From contig JAOPXN010000129.1 of assembly GCA_025965155.1 (NCBI GenBank), positions 3,211-67,210 of the forward strand: DNA of 64,000 bases, read 5' to 3'. A program made the position numbers and the translations under genes. Below the pieces are notes generated by a model. The model did no database searches. It was given only the letters and a program-made list of their open reading frames with translations, and was not told where the DNA came from. The stretch is from Propionibacteriaceae bacterium. GTDB lineage: Bacteria; Actinomycetota; Actinomycetes; Propionibacteriales; Propionibacteriaceae. Positions 45,044-56,378 of the stretch are shown in pieces (position 1 is the stretch's first letter; every line of letters begins with the position of its first letter).

Positions 45044-45986
45044 CGAAACCCTCTCCGGTCAATGTCACGTACTCGTCCTCCAGGCTGGGGTACTCGACAC
45101 TGAAACCGAGCACGGGGACGCAGGCATTGACCAGGTTCGGGACGATCTTCTCCACCTCGACGTCGCCCAACGTGGCCAGCACGCCGCGACCCTCGACGCG
45201 GACATTGCTCAGTCCGAGCTCGGTCAGCACCCGGACGGCGTCGGTGGTGCGGTCGGTCTGCACCCGTACGGTCTGCACCGCGCCCGCCCACAGCTCATCG
45301 AGGGGGCCTTGGGCCACCAGCTTGCCGGTGTTCATCACCCCGATGTGGGTGCACATCTGCTCGACCTCGGACAACAGGTGGCTGGACACCAGCACCGTCA
45401 CCCCGTCGGCGGCCAGCTGGCCGATCAGGTGCCGCACTTCTCGGGTGCCCTGCGGGTCGAGGCCGTTGGTGGGTTCGTCCAGGACCAGCAGATCGCGCGG
45501 CATCAGCAGCGCATTGGCGATCGCCAGCCGCTGCCGCATGCCGAGTGAGTAGGCCCGGTACCGCTTCGTGGCCGCAGCCAGCAAGCCCACCCGATCCAGC
45601 GCCGCGTCGATGCGCCGCCGAGCCGTGCTCGAGTCACTGGCTGCATCGGCCGCATCCAAGCGCGCCAGGTTGGCCCGGCCCGACAGGTACGGATGGAAGG
45701 CGGGGCCCTCCACCAGCGCGCCGACCCTGGGTAGTGCCCTGGACAGCTGGGCCGGTATCGGTGACCCGAGCAGATGGATCGACCCGGCGGTGGGTGTGAT
45801 CAGTCCGAGCAGCATCCGGATGGTCGTCGTCTTGCCGGAGCCGTTGGGCCCGAGAAAGCCGTAGATCGCGCCGTGGGGTACAACCAGGTCGACTGAGTCG
45901 ACAGCCACCTGGGATCGGAAGTTCTTGGTCAGACCGCGGCTGAGCACTGGGTGCTCAGCCGCGTCGACCAGGCTCGGCTCGGTCAC
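45030..45986 (-). CDS. ABC transporter ATP-binding protein (ABC-2/DrrA-like with C-terminal accessory domain)
   Basis: GPNGSGKTT, YSLGMRQR and LLVLDEPTNGLDP are present. The GTG start overlaps the stop of the upstream LolA-like gene (GTGA). Confidence 0.9.
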   Translation of the reverse strand: MTEPSLVDAAEHPVLSRGLTKNFRSQVAVDSVDLVVPHGAIYGFLGPNGSGKTTTIRMLLGLITPTAGSIHLLGSPIPAQLSRALPRVGALVEGPAFHPYLSGRANLARLDAADAASDSSTARRRIDAALDRVGLLAAATKRYRAYSLGMRQRLAIANALLMPRDLLVLDEPTNGLDPQGTREVRHLIGQLAADGVTVLVSSHLLSEVEQMCTHIGVMNTGKLVAQGPLDELWAGAVQTVRVQTDRTTDAVRVLTELGLSNVRVEGRGVLATLGDVEVEKIVPNLVNACVPVLGFSVEYPSLEDEYVTLTGEGFDVSG

Positions 45987-47056
45987 CGGGCGAGGGCTCG
46001 GTACAGCATCTCCGGCTCTACAGACCCGACCGCGACCCGACCGTCGTCGGTGAGGACGACCGAGAAGAGGGTGCCACGGAGCAGGCGACCCGAACCCCAG
46101 CTACCTTGCACCCGCTGCAGCGAGTTGAGCATCTGGCCCAGCTGCGGGTTGTCGGCGCTTTGGAGGTCACCCGTCTTCGCTACCAGCACGGTGGTCCAGC
46201 CAGTGCCGACCACGGTCGGACGGTCCGCAGCGGCAGCCTTGTCGTCGGCCTTGTGGTCACCCTTCGACGTCGAAGGATGGGGAGCGGCCTCGGTCACCTT
46301 GGCACCAGGAGGCGGGTTGAAGTCGAACTGGGCTGCATCCGGCTGGCCGAAGTCGACCGAGCTGTAGGCCACCTCGAAGGCCGGCTGCTCCTGCACTCCA
46401 ACCACCTGGACCCGGAGCGGGATGGACTTCTCGCTGTCGATCGCGATCCGTACCTCACTGACCAGCGAGCGGGTGTCCTTGGGCCTGAGCAGCAGCTCGT
46501 ACGCGCTCCGCCCGGCGACCGTAGCTGTGCCGTTCGTGGTGACCTCGGTGGTGGGGCTGATCGCCTCCAGCACCTTGGCGGCCGCGGCCTCGGGAGTCAT
46601 CGACTGCTCGGGGGTATCGCTGGGCCGCTCACCCGGGGTGAGGGTCCGGTGGGTGGCGGTGTTGTCCTTGCTGGACCAGGTCCACAGGTCCGCACCGTTC
46701 TTGATCACGTCCGACTCGCCCAGCGTGCCCACCAGAGCCAGCCGCGCCTTGTCCGGAGCGGAGTACCAGACCCGCAGGGTGTGGGTCCCTGACACCATCG
46801 ATGTCAGGCTGGAGTCGGAGCCCTGGGCACCGGGAATGTCGGGGATGCCGAGGTCCGAGGTCTGTACCACAGTTCCGGACAGCCCGTCCACCGATGCCTG
46901 CTGCATCGCAACCAGGAGCTGCTCCGCCGTCCGAGGCTCCAGCGGCGGGTCGGCGGAAGCCGTCACCGCAACCACACCACCCGTGCCACCGACCACCAGA
47001 ACGAAGGCCAGCGGCGCCAGCCAGCGCAGGGCCGGCTTTCGATCAAAGATTCCCAT
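45983..47056 (-). CDS. Membrane-anchored LolA/RseB-fold (DUF2092/DUF4367-like) envelope protein
   Basis: The N-terminal TM anchor reads LRWLAPLAFVLVVGGTGGVVAV. GTVVQTSDLGIP...THTLRVWYSAPDKARLALVGTLGESDVIKNGADLWTWSS is typical of actinobacterial LolA-like proteins as I recall them. The start is at the ATG at 47056. Confidence 0.65.
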   Translation of the reverse strand: MGIFDRKPALRWLAPLAFVLVVGGTGGVVAVTASADPPLEPRTAEQLLVAMQQASVDGLSGTVVQTSDLGIPDIPGAQGSDSSLTSMVSGTHTLRVWYSAPDKARLALVGTLGESDVIKNGADLWTWSSKDNTATHRTLTPGERPSDTPEQSMTPEAAAAKVLEAISPTTEVTTNGTATVAGRSAYELLLRPKDTRSLVSEVRIAIDSEKSIPLRVQVVGVQEQPAFEVAYSSVDFGQPDAAQFDFNPPPGAKVTEAAPHPSTSKGDHKADDKAAAADRPTVVGTGWTTVLVAKTGDLQSADNPQLGQMLNSLQRVQGSWGSGRLLRGTLFSVVLTDDGRVAVGSVEPEMLYRALAR

Positions 47057-47149
47057 GAGCCCAGTGTGACCCGACAGTGCTGTGGAAACGCTGAGACCGT
47101 CTCGCCGGCCTGGCCAGGATCTACTTCCGCGCCGTGCCACGCTGGAGTC

Positions 47150-47806
47150 GTGCGATTGCTGCTGGTCGATGACGAGGTACGGCTGGTCGAGGCGCTCCGC
47201 CGCGGTCTGGTCGCCGACGGGTTCGCGGTCGATGTGGCGACGACCGGGCCGGCGGGCCTCGAGCTGGCCCGGGACGGCGACTTCGATGCGGTCGTGCTCG
47301 ACGTGATGCTGCCCGGGATGTCAGGCTACGACGTCGTACGGAAGCTCCGCGCCGAGGAGAACTGGGTGCCGGTGCTGATGCTCTCGGCCAAGGACGGCGA
47401 GCACGACCAGGCCGACGGGCTCGACTGCGGTGCCGACGACTACCTCACGAAGCCGTTCTCGTTCGTGGTCCTGCTGGCCCGGCTGCGGGCTCTGCTGCGC
47501 CGGCAGGTGAGGGCGCGGCCGGCAGTACTGGTCTGCGGGGACGTGAGTCTCGACCCGGCGAGCCGGGAGGTGCGGCTGCAGGGTGAGCCGGTGCAGCTGA
47601 CCCCGCGGGAGTACCTGGTGCTGGAGTACCTGATCCGCTCCCCGGGCACAGTGGTGGGGAAGGTCGAGCTGCTCGACCATGTCTGGGACGCGGCGGCCGA
47701 CACGGCGCCCAACGCGGTGGAGGTCTATGTCGGCTATCTCCGCCGCAAGATCGGCACTGAGCGGCTGGTCACGGTCCGCGGCGCGGGCTACATGCTGGTC
47801 CCATGA
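47150..47806 (+). CDS. OmpR-family response regulator
   Basis: The receiver reads VRLLLVDDE...DAVVLDVMLPGMSG...LSAKD. The winged-helix reads LTPREYLVLEYL...VEVYVGYLRRKI. GTG start at 47150. Confidence 0.92.
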   Translation: MRLLLVDDEVRLVEALRRGLVADGFAVDVATTGPAGLELARDGDFDAVVLDVMLPGMSGYDVVRKLRAEENWVPVLMLSAKDGEHDQADGLDCGADDYLTKPFSFVVLLARLRALLRRQVRARPAVLVCGDVSLDPASREVRLQGEPVQLTPREYLVLEYLIRSPGTVVGKVELLDHVWDAAADTAPNAVEVYVGYLRRKIGTERLVTVRGAGYMLVP

Positions 47807-49194
47807 GGCGCGGCATCGGTGGGCGGTTCGCCCGGCTGAGTCTGCGGGCCCGGCTGATGGTCATCGGCGTCACCGGTGTCGTCGTCGGGCTGGCAGCCGG
47901 CGGCGTCGGCCTGTACGCGGTGCTGACCATCACCGTGAACCGCACCCTGGACAACGAGGCGCTGGCCAGCGCGCGGGAGGTCGCCGCGATGGTCGACGAG
48001 GGCCGGCTGCCGGCCCCGGTGCCGGTCTCAGGGGCTCAGCTGATCCAGGTGGTTGACAACAGGGGTCGGGTGGTCGGCGGCTCGGTCGGTGCGGACCGGC
48101 TGACCCCGCTGCTCAGATCGGATGAGCTGGCTCGCGCGCTCGGCGGGTCGGCGGTCCAGGTGAGCGGGGCTCGGGCCGGGCTGTCCGGACCGCTGCGGGT
48201 CAAGGCGCTGGCGGCCGGCCCCGCCGACCGCCGCGCCAGTGTCATCGTCGCCCTCCAGGTTGCCGATGTGCTGACCAGCCGGGCAGCTCTGCGGAACGGC
48301 CTGTTGATCAGCATCCCGCTGCTGGTGCTGGCGCTCGCCCTGATCGCCTGGCGGGTGATCGGGTGGACGTTGCGGCCGGTGGAGGAGCTACGGCTGGAAG
48401 CCGAGCGGATCAGCGGTCGCGACCGGGCCGAGCGTCTCGGGGTACCGCCGGCGGCCGACGAGATCCGTGCCCTGGCGGTAACGCTGAACGGCATGCTGGA
48501 CCGGTTGGCCGCAGCCCGGGGGCGGCAGCAGTCCTTCGTGACCGATGCCGCGCACGAGCTCCGCAGCCCGCTGGCCAGCATTCGTACCCAGCTGGAGGTC
48601 GCCGACCGGCTGGGCGACGGTGGGTCGCTCCCGGCGGACCTGGCGGCCGACGTCGAGCGACTCTCCGCATTGGTGGAGGACCTGCTGCTGCTCGCCCGGG
48701 CCGACGCCGACAGCCGGGGACCCACCAACCCCACGGTGTTCGATGCCCGCACTGCGCTGGCCGAGCTGCGGGCCGGCTTCCGCAACGCCCGGGTTCCTGT
48801 CACGGTCGGCTCGGGCCCGCCCGTCCTGGTCCGGGCCGACGAGGCGGAGCTCCGCCGCGCGGTGGCGAACCTGGTCGACAACGCCGTCCGGCACGCCGGT
48901 TCCCAGGTCTGCCTCGACGTACAGGCTGCCGACGGTGCAGTGGTGATCTCGGTCCTGGACGACGGACCGGGCATCGCGGTGGCCGACCGGGATCGCGTCT
49001 TCGACCGCTTCACCCGGCTGGACAACGCCCGCGACCGGGACGCCGGCGGGACCGGGCTCGGGCTGGCGATTGTCCGCGAGCTCGTCACCCGCGCGGGCGG
49101 CACTGTCGGCTTCGAGACGGCGACGGGCCCAGCGGGCACCGCGCAGTCGCGGCTGGCGGTGCTGATTCGGCTGCCAGGAGTCGACCGGCCGTAA
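47803..49194 (+). CDS. Sensor histidine kinase (2 TM, HAMP, HisKA, HATPase_c)
   Basis: The H-box is FVTDAAHELRSPLASI, the N-box is LVDNAVRHA and the G-boxes are DDGPGI and GGTGLGLAIVRE. The start overlaps the regulator gene's stop (ATGA). Confidence 0.92.
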   Translation: MRRGIGGRFARLSLRARLMVIGVTGVVVGLAAGGVGLYAVLTITVNRTLDNEALASAREVAAMVDEGRLPAPVPVSGAQLIQVVDNRGRVVGGSVGADRLTPLLRSDELARALGGSAVQVSGARAGLSGPLRVKALAAGPADRRASVIVALQVADVLTSRAALRNGLLISIPLLVLALALIAWRVIGWTLRPVEELRLEAERISGRDRAERLGVPPAADEIRALAVTLNGMLDRLAAARGRQQSFVTDAAHELRSPLASIRTQLEVADRLGDGGSLPADLAADVERLSALVEDLLLLARADADSRGPTNPTVFDARTALAELRAGFRNARVPVTVGSGPPVLVRADEAELRRAVANLVDNAVRHAGSQVCLDVQAADGAVVISVLDDGPGIAVADRDRVFDRFTRLDNARDRDAGGTGLGLAIVRELVTRAGGTVGFETATGPAGTAQSRLAVLIRLPGVDRP

Positions 49195-49252
49195 GCCGGA
49201 CCGGGCGTAATTCGTTTCTCCGGCTCACCTCCAACGGCCTAGGATTCCCGCC

Positions 49253-50935
49253 ATGGGACACGTGGATCTGTCGGGCGTGTCGTTCTCCCTGCCCGACGGG
49301 CGGGTGCTGCTGGACGAGGTGTCCTTCCGGGTAGGCGAGGGTGCCGTCGTCGCGCTGGTGGGCGCCAACGGCTCGGGCAAGACCACGATGATGCGGATCA
49401 TCGCCGGCGACCTCGACCCGACCGAAGGCTCGGTGTCGCGCAGCGGCGGCCTCGGGGTGATGCGCCAGTTCATCGGCAGCATCCGGGACAGCTCCACCGT
49501 TCGTGACCTTCTCTTCTCCCTCGCGCCGCCGCGGCTCCAGGCGGCGGCGGCCGATGTGGACCGGCTCGAGCTGGCCCTGATGACCGACGACACCGAGCGG
49601 GTGCAGATGCGGTACGCCCAGGCGCTCGCCGACTACGCCGACGCCGGCGGGTACGACGCCGAGGTGACCTTCGACGCCTGCTGCACCGCGGCGCTGGGAG
49701 TCCCGTACGAGCAGGTGAAGTGGCGCGAGGTGACCACGCTGTCTGGCGGGGAGCAGAAGCGGCTGGCCCTGGAGGCCCTGCTCCGCGGACCGGATGAGGT
49801 GCTGTTGCTGGACGAGCCGGACAACTATCTCGATGTGCCCGGCAAGCGGTGGCTGGAGGCTCAGCTGCAGAACACTCAGAAGACGGTATTGCTGGTCAGC
49901 CACGACCGGGAGCTGCTGGCCGAGGCGGCGACCGCGATTGCGGCGCTCGAGCTGGGGGCCGCGGGGAACACCGTCTGGATCCATGGTGCCGGCTTCGGCA
50001 CCTTTGCCGCCGCCCGGAAGGAGCGGTTCGCTCGGCTGGAGGAGCTGCGCCGACGCTGGGACGAGGAGCACGCCAAGCTTAAGGCGCTGGTGCTGATGTA
50101 CAAGATCAAGGCCGCCTACAACGACGGTCTGGCTGGTCGCTACCAGGCCGCCAAGACCCGGCTGGCCAAGTTTGAGGAGGCCGGCCCACCGCAGGCCATC
50201 CCGCTGGAGCAGCGGGTGTCTATGCGGCTCAAAGGTGGCCGGACCGGCAAACGGGCCGTGGTCGTGGAGAACCTCGAGCTGACCGGCCTGATGCGCCCCT
50301 TCGACGCCGAGATCTGGTTCGGTGACCGGGTGGCTGTGCTCGGCTCCAATGGTTCCGGCAAGTCGCACTTCCTCCGGCTGCTGGCACGTGGCGGCTCCGA
50401 CCCTGATCTTGAGCATCGTCCGGTCGGGTCCCTCGACATCGCCGCGGTGTCCCATACCGGTAAGGCAAAGCTGGGTGCCCGGGTCCGGCCGGGCTGGTTC
50501 GCGCAGACGCACCACCATCCGGAGCTGCTGGGCAGGACCCTGCTGGAGATCCTGCACCGCGGTGACGACCACCGTGCCGGGATGGGCCGCGAGGAGGCAT
50601 CGCGCAAGCTGGACCGGTACGAGCTGGCGCATGCCGCCGAGCAGCGGTTCGAGTCCCTGTCCGGCGGCCAGCAGGCCCGGTTCCAGATTCTGCTGCTGGA
50701 GCTGTCCGGCGCCACGCTGCTGCTGCTCGACGAGCCGACCGACAACCTGGACATCGAGTCGGCCGAAGCGCTCGAGCAAGGCTTGGAGGCCTTCGAGGGG
50801 ACGGTCGTCGCGGTCACCCACGACCGCTGGTTCTCCCGCGGCTTCGACCGGTTCCTGGTCTTTGGCTCCGACGGTGGTGTCTACGAGTCCGACGAGCCCG
50901 TCTGGGACGAGGCTCGGGTCCAACGCGCCCGCTGA
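49253..50935 (+). CDS. ABC-F family ATPase (two tandem ABC domains, no TM domain)
   Basis: Walker A appears twice (GANGSGKTT and GSNGSGKSH). Signatures LSGGEQKR and LSGGQQAR are separated by a helical linker. Confidence 0.9.
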   Translation: MGHVDLSGVSFSLPDGRVLLDEVSFRVGEGAVVALVGANGSGKTTMMRIIAGDLDPTEGSVSRSGGLGVMRQFIGSIRDSSTVRDLLFSLAPPRLQAAAADVDRLELALMTDDTERVQMRYAQALADYADAGGYDAEVTFDACCTAALGVPYEQVKWREVTTLSGGEQKRLALEALLRGPDEVLLLDEPDNYLDVPGKRWLEAQLQNTQKTVLLVSHDRELLAEAATAIAALELGAAGNTVWIHGAGFGTFAAARKERFARLEELRRRWDEEHAKLKALVLMYKIKAAYNDGLAGRYQAAKTRLAKFEEAGPPQAIPLEQRVSMRLKGGRTGKRAVVVENLELTGLMRPFDAEIWFGDRVAVLGSNGSGKSHFLRLLARGGSDPDLEHRPVGSLDIAAVSHTGKAKLGARVRPGWFAQTHHHPELLGRTLLEILHRGDDHRAGMGREEASRKLDRYELAHAAEQRFESLSGGQQARFQILLLELSGATLLLLDEPTDNLDIESAEALEQGLEAFEGTVVAVTHDRWFSRGFDRFLVFGSDGGVYESDEPVWDEARVQRAR

Positions 50936-50960
50936 CCCGGCCGCGGATCCGGACGAGAAG

Positions 50961-50989
50961 CGCCCCGGCACACGCGGTGTGCCGGGGCG
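50961..50989. terminator. 13-bp GC hairpin between convergent ABC-F and citrate synthase genes
   Basis: CGCCCCGGCACAC-GCG-GTGTGCCGGGGCG was read directly. Confidence 0.6.
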
Positions 50990-51025
50990 GTCTGCTCTGC
51001 GAGGGCCGTGCCGGCCCGGTACGGG

Positions 51026-52306
<1,281 letters not shown>

Positions 52307-52406
52307 GTCGTAAACCTACGCGGGCGCGCTGCGGCGTGACTACTCGGGCACCTATGATCCGCGACACCTCTGAGGCGCCCGGAGGCATCGAGAACCGAGG
52401 GTCAGC

Positions 52407-52436
52407 GGCCACGTTTTGACCCGGAGGACGTGTCGC
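52407..52436 (+). promoter_or_regulatory. Candidate housekeeping-sigma promoter for rplM-rpsI-glmM
   Basis: TTGACC, an 18-nt spacer, then TAATCT lie about 110 nt upstream of the rplM GTG. Confidence 0.45.
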
Positions 52437-52544
52437 GGGTAATCTGAACGGCTGTTGCGCTCACGCACGTGTGTGAACCGTGCTCTCCTCCGGGTCCGAG
52501 CGCTGCAGTCAACAGTCAGAACTCATGGAAGATGGTCAACGACC

Positions 52545-52988
52545 GTGTCTACGTACAGCCCCAAGCCTGGCGACCTCACCAGGGAATGGCATGTCATCGA
52601 TGCCAACGACGTCGTCTTGGGACGGCTCGCTGTCACTGCCGCTACCTTGTTGCGCGGTAAGCACAAGCCGACGTACGCCCCGCACATGGACGGCGGCGAC
52701 TTCGTCGTCATCATCAACGCCTCGAAGATTGCACTGACTGGTAAGAAGCGGACCGACAAGTTCGCCTACCGCCACTCCGGCCGCCCCGGCGGTCTGAAGT
52801 CGGTGCCGTACGGCGAGCTGATCGACCACGACCCGCGTAAGGCTGTCGAGCTCGCGGTGTGGGGCATGCTTCCCAAGAACCGGTTGAGCCGCAAGCTCAT
52901 CAAGAAGCTCAAGGTCTACTCCGGCCCGGAGCACCCGCACACTGCGCAGCAGCCGCAGGCGTACGAGATCACCCAGATCGCCCAGTAG
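52545..52988 (+). CDS. rplM: 50S ribosomal protein L13
   Basis: (V)[58 protein letters not shown] is typical L13. The start is at the in-frame GTG at 52545, by analogy with the usual M-x-TY-xPK N-terminus. Confidence 0.93.
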   Translation: MSTYSPKPGDLTREWHVIDANDVVLGRLAVTAATLLRGKHKPTYAPHMDGGDFVVIINASKIALTGKKRTDKFAYRHSGRPGGLKSVPYGELIDHDPRKAVELAVWGMLPKNRLSRKLIKKLKVYSGPEHPHTAQQPQAYEITQIAQ

Positions 52989-53005
52989 AGCCAAGGAATC
53001 ATTTC

Positions 53006-53527
53006 GTGACTGACACCGCAGTAGAGCCCACCGAGATCGACGAGGTCGCCCCCTTCACCGAGGACGACCGCGAGATCGCCTACCGCTCCGAAGCCAACCC
53101 GCAGGCCGTCCAGGGAGCCACCGGTCGTCCGGCGGTTGTCGCGGCGAGCAACGCGACCGGCCGCCGCAAAGAGGCCGTTGCCCGGGTCCGGATGGTTCCC
53201 GGCAGCGGCCAGTGGAGCATCAACGGCCGCCCGCTGGACGACTACTTCCCCAACAAGGTGCACCAGCAGATTGTGTCGGAGCCGTTCGCCACGGCCGGTG
53301 TAGTTGGCTCCTATGACGTGATCTGCCGGATTCACGGTGGCGGCGTCACCGGTCAGGCCGGCGCTCTGCGTCTCGGTGTGGCCCGTGCGCTGAACGCCGT
53401 CGACGCCGAGGCCAGCCGTCCCGCCCTGAAGAAGGCCGGCATGCTGACCCGCGACGCGCGGATCAAGGAACGCAAGAAGGCAGGCCTGAAGAAGGCTCGT
53501 AAGGCTCCTCAGTACAGCAAGCGCTGA
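53006..53527 (+). CDS. rpsI: 30S ribosomal protein S9 with roughly 40-aa acidic N-terminal extension
   Basis: [30 protein letters not shown]...[19 protein letters not shown]...[25 protein letters not shown] is typical S9. The GTG at 53006 follows an AAGGAA RBS. Confidence 0.93.
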   Translation: MTDTAVEPTEIDEVAPFTEDDREIAYRSEANPQAVQGATGRPAVVAASNATGRRKEAVARVRMVPGSGQWSINGRPLDDYFPNKVHQQIVSEPFATAGVVGSYDVICRIHGGGVTGQAGALRLGVARALNAVDAEASRPALKKAGMLTRDARIKERKKAGLKKARKAPQYSKR

Positions 53528-53554
53528 TCCCGCCCCTCAGCAACGGAGCGAGGA

Positions 53555-54907
53555 ATGGGTCGACTTTTCGGCACGGACGGCGTCCGCGGCAGAGCCAACG
53601 ACGCTCTGACCGCGGAGCTGGCGCTGGATCTATCGGTGGCCGCTGCACATGTGCTCGGCGAGACGGGCGCCTTCGGCGGTCACCAGCCGCTGGCAGTAGT
53701 GGGTCGGGACCCGCGTGCGTCGGGGGAGTTCCTCGAGGCTGCAGTGGTGGCCGGGCTGGCCAGTGCGGGCGTCAACGTGGTTCGGCTCGGCGTGCTTCCC
53801 ACGCCGGGCGTGGCCTACCTGACCGGCTCAACCAAGGCCGACCTCGGCGTGATGCTGTCCGCCAGCCATAACCCGATGCCCGACAACGGGATCAAGTTCA
53901 TGGCCCGCGGCGGAGTCAAGCTCGATGACTTGCTCGAGGATGCCATCGAGGCGCGGATGGGCGAGACCTGGCAGCGTCCGACCGGCGCAGGCGTCGGCCG
54001 GGTGATCGACGACCCCGGCCTCGTTGACGACTACGTGGCACACCTGGTCTCCAGTGTTGGCCGGCCGGTCTCCCTGGAAGGCATCAAGGTCGTGGTGGAC
54101 TGTGCCAACGGGGCAGCGCATCTGACTGGTCCTGCAGCGTTTCGGGCGCAGGGGGCCGAGGTGATCGCCATCCATGCCGACCCGGACGGCGCCAACATCA
54201 ACCACAACTGTGGCTCCACGCACATGGGAAGCCTTCAGGCGGCCGTGCTTGAGCACCGCGCCGACCTCGGTATCGCCCTTGACGGTGACGCGGACCGCTG
54301 CCTCGCAGTGGACGCGTCGGGTGCAGTGATCGACGGCGACCAGATCCTGGCCGTCCTGGCCCTCGCGATGCAGGAGAGCGGCCAGCTGCGCGGCGATACG
54401 GTCGTCGCCACCGTGATGAGCAACCTCGGCTTCGTGAACGCGATGCGGGCGGCAGGCGTCACCGTCGAACAGACCAAGGTCGGCGACCGCTACGTGCTTG
54501 AGGCGATGAAGAGCGGCGGTTACTCCCTGGGTGGGGAACAGTCGGGCCATGTCGTGATGTCGGACTACGCCACCACCGGCGACGGTGTGCTGACCGGGCT
54601 GCACCTGATGAGCCGGATGGCCACCTCCGGCAAGGATCTGGCCGACCTGGCATCGGTGATGACCCGGCTGCCCCAGGTACTGATCAACGTGAAGGGCGTG
54701 GACAAGTCCCGCGCCGAGACAGACCCGGCCCTGACCGCAGCGGTCGCGCAAGCAACGGCTGAGCTCGGTTCCACCGGACGTGTGCTGCTCAGGCCCTCGG
54801 GTACGGAGTCACTGGTCCGGGTGATGGTCGAGGCAGCGACAGCCGACCAGGCTCAACGCGTTGCGGAGCGGCTGGCTTCGGTCGTCAAGGCTTCGTTGTC
54901 GCTCTGA
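53555..54907 (+). CDS. glmM: Phosphoglucosamine mutase
   Basis: [12 protein letters not shown] begins the protein. The phosphoserine loop is [14 protein letters not shown], and DGDADRC and GGEQSGH are present. Confidence 0.96.
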   Translation: MGRLFGTDGVRGRANDALTAELALDLSVAAAHVLGETGAFGGHQPLAVVGRDPRASGEFLEAAVVAGLASAGVNVVRLGVLPTPGVAYLTGSTKADLGVMLSASHNPMPDNGIKFMARGGVKLDDLLEDAIEARMGETWQRPTGAGVGRVIDDPGLVDDYVAHLVSSVGRPVSLEGIKVVVDCANGAAHLTGPAAFRAQGAEVIAIHADPDGANINHNCGSTHMGSLQAAVLEHRADLGIALDGDADRCLAVDASGAVIDGDQILAVLALAMQESGQLRGDTVVATVMSNLGFVNAMRAAGVTVEQTKVGDRYVLEAMKSGGYSLGGEQSGHVVMSDYATTGDGVLTGLHLMSRMATSGKDLADLASVMTRLPQVLINVKGVDKSRAETDPALTAAVAQATAELGSTGRVLLRPSGTESLVRVMVEAATADQAQRVAERLASVVKASLSL

Positions 54908-55383
54908 GCCGGCTTAGCGGCTTCGGAGTGGTGGTCCTGCCGCGGCAGGTCGGTCACGAGGTCGGCTTGACGGCGGAGATCCTCCGCGATGGTCGTGAGT
55001 AGGGCGACCGCGTCGGCGAGGCAGTCATCATCAATCCGGTCGAATGCGTGATCAAACCAGGGTCTACTGTCCACGACGACCGCGCGGCCCCGCTCGGTGA
55101 GCCGTACCAACGTCTGTCGGCGGTCGTGCGGGTGCGGGTGCCGCTCCGCGATCCCTCGGTGTTCCAGCCGGTCCACCAAGGAGGTGGCGGCGCTGGTGGT
55201 CAGACCGAGCGCACTCGCCAGCTCCGAGTGGGACCTGTCCCCGGTGACGATCAGATGGCTGATTGCCTGTGTCTCGGTGACACCGAGCCCGACGTAGTTG
55301 GAGATGGCCTGGCGGTACTGCTCGCCGGCCAGGATCAACTGGCGCAGTGCCTTGTTAGCTGCTGCCATGTGCTGCTCGCGCAT
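54853..55383 (-). CDS. MarR-family transcriptional regulator
   Basis: The winged HTH reads [66 protein letters not shown]. The 3' end overlaps the glmM 3' end by 55 nt (convergent). Confidence 0.88.
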   Translation of the reverse strand: MREQHMAAANKALRQLILAGEQYRQAISNYVGLGVTETQAISHLIVTGDRSHSELASALGLTTSAATSLVDRLEHRGIAERHPHPHDRRQTLVRLTERGRAVVVDSRPWFDHAFDRIDDDCLADAVALLTTIAEDLRRQADLVTDLPRQDHHSEAAKPAQSDNEALTTEASRSATR

Positions 55384-55420
55384 ATCACTCCGCCGATCTG
55401 GTAATCATGTCCACATAGTA

Positions 55421-55443
55421 GTCAAGTTATTGAACTACTTGAC
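55421..55443. promoter_or_regulatory. Inverted repeat in an AT-rich patch upstream of the MarR gene (candidate MarR operator)
   Basis: GTCAAG-N11-CTTGAC lies within ATAGTAGTCAAGTTATTGAACTACTTGACCATTGTAGTAC, about 40-60 nt upstream of the MarR start. Confidence 0.3.
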
Positions 55444-55604
55444 CATTGTAGTACGCGGGCGTACTTTCGGATTGGTGGGTGACCCAGAACGTCAGGTCGG
55501 GGGGGCTGACGGTCCGTCGCTGTGGCCCGGCTTGTGCACTTGGGGAGGGTGCACAGGTCGGGCCGCGCCGCCGAGAGCCGCAACCGCGGTGATGGCACGT
55601 ATCC

Positions 55605-56153
55605 TCAGACTCCGGCGAGTGGGAAACGCGCCAGCTCCAGCCAGGAGTCGCCGCAGCCGATGAGCTGCACCTCCCGCACGCCGACTGTCAGCGGCAGCAG
55701 TGGACCGATCTCCAGCTCCAGCTCCAGGTGGATCGCCGCGTCGCCGGAGTGGGCGACGGTGAGGTGGGGGATCACGGTATCGAACTGACCCCCGTACGGC
55801 GGGGCCTCGGGCCAGCGTTGGTGCACCGCCGCCGTCAGCTGCTGGAAGGTGGCCTCCGGCTGTGGTCGCAGATAGAACACCTCCGGGAACCGGGCGCAGC
55901 CGGTCAACGTCGCCTCGAACGCGGACTGGCCTGCGAAAAGTGCGGTCAGTTCGGTGCACACCGCGTCGTCGATGCGGTCCAACGGCAAGAAGGGGTACAG
56001 CACCGTGACATGGGGTGGCACCGACGGTGCCACCGGGTCGTACTGGCGGCGCCAGTGATCGACGACGGACCCGACCTCGTCCATCGCCACGATCAACGCG
56101 CTCTGACCGACAAACCGGTCAGCCCCTGTCATTCTGTCCAGTCCTGACGTCAT
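55605..56153 (-). CDS. 2H phosphoesterase superfamily protein (LigT / 2'-5' RNA ligase-like)
   Basis: Two HxT/S motifs sit at the expected spacing: PPHVTVLYPF and IPHLTVAHS. Confidence 0.7.
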   Translation of the reverse strand: MTSGLDRMTGADRFVGQSALIVAMDEVGSVVDHWRRQYDPVAPSVPPHVTVLYPFLPLDRIDDAVCTELTALFAGQSAFEATLTGCARFPEVFYLRPQPEATFQQLTAAVHQRWPEAPPYGGQFDTVIPHLTVAHSGDAAIHLELELEIGPLLPLTVGVREVQLIGCGDSWLELARFPLAGV

Positions 56154-56378
56154 TTTTCCCCGGTCCTGACGTTGACGTTTCGGATCCGATCGAGTGTCCC
56201 CACACTCACTGACCAGATCCCCGGGTCATGGTACGCGTCCGATCACTGCAAAGGGTCGGCCAGGTAAAACAGGCCGACCGTGGGCGTCTGGGTGGACGCC
56301 ACGGCCGGCCTGCACTACTTCACCGTCTCGTTGCACGCGACCGTCAGGAGCCGCGCCCCCCGCAACAAGACACCCCCC

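Noticed and set aside
49085-50971. 628-aa minus-strand ORF over the ABC-F gene
   Set aside because: It is antisense to a gene with two complete Walker A, signature and Walker B sets, and it has no motifs of its own.
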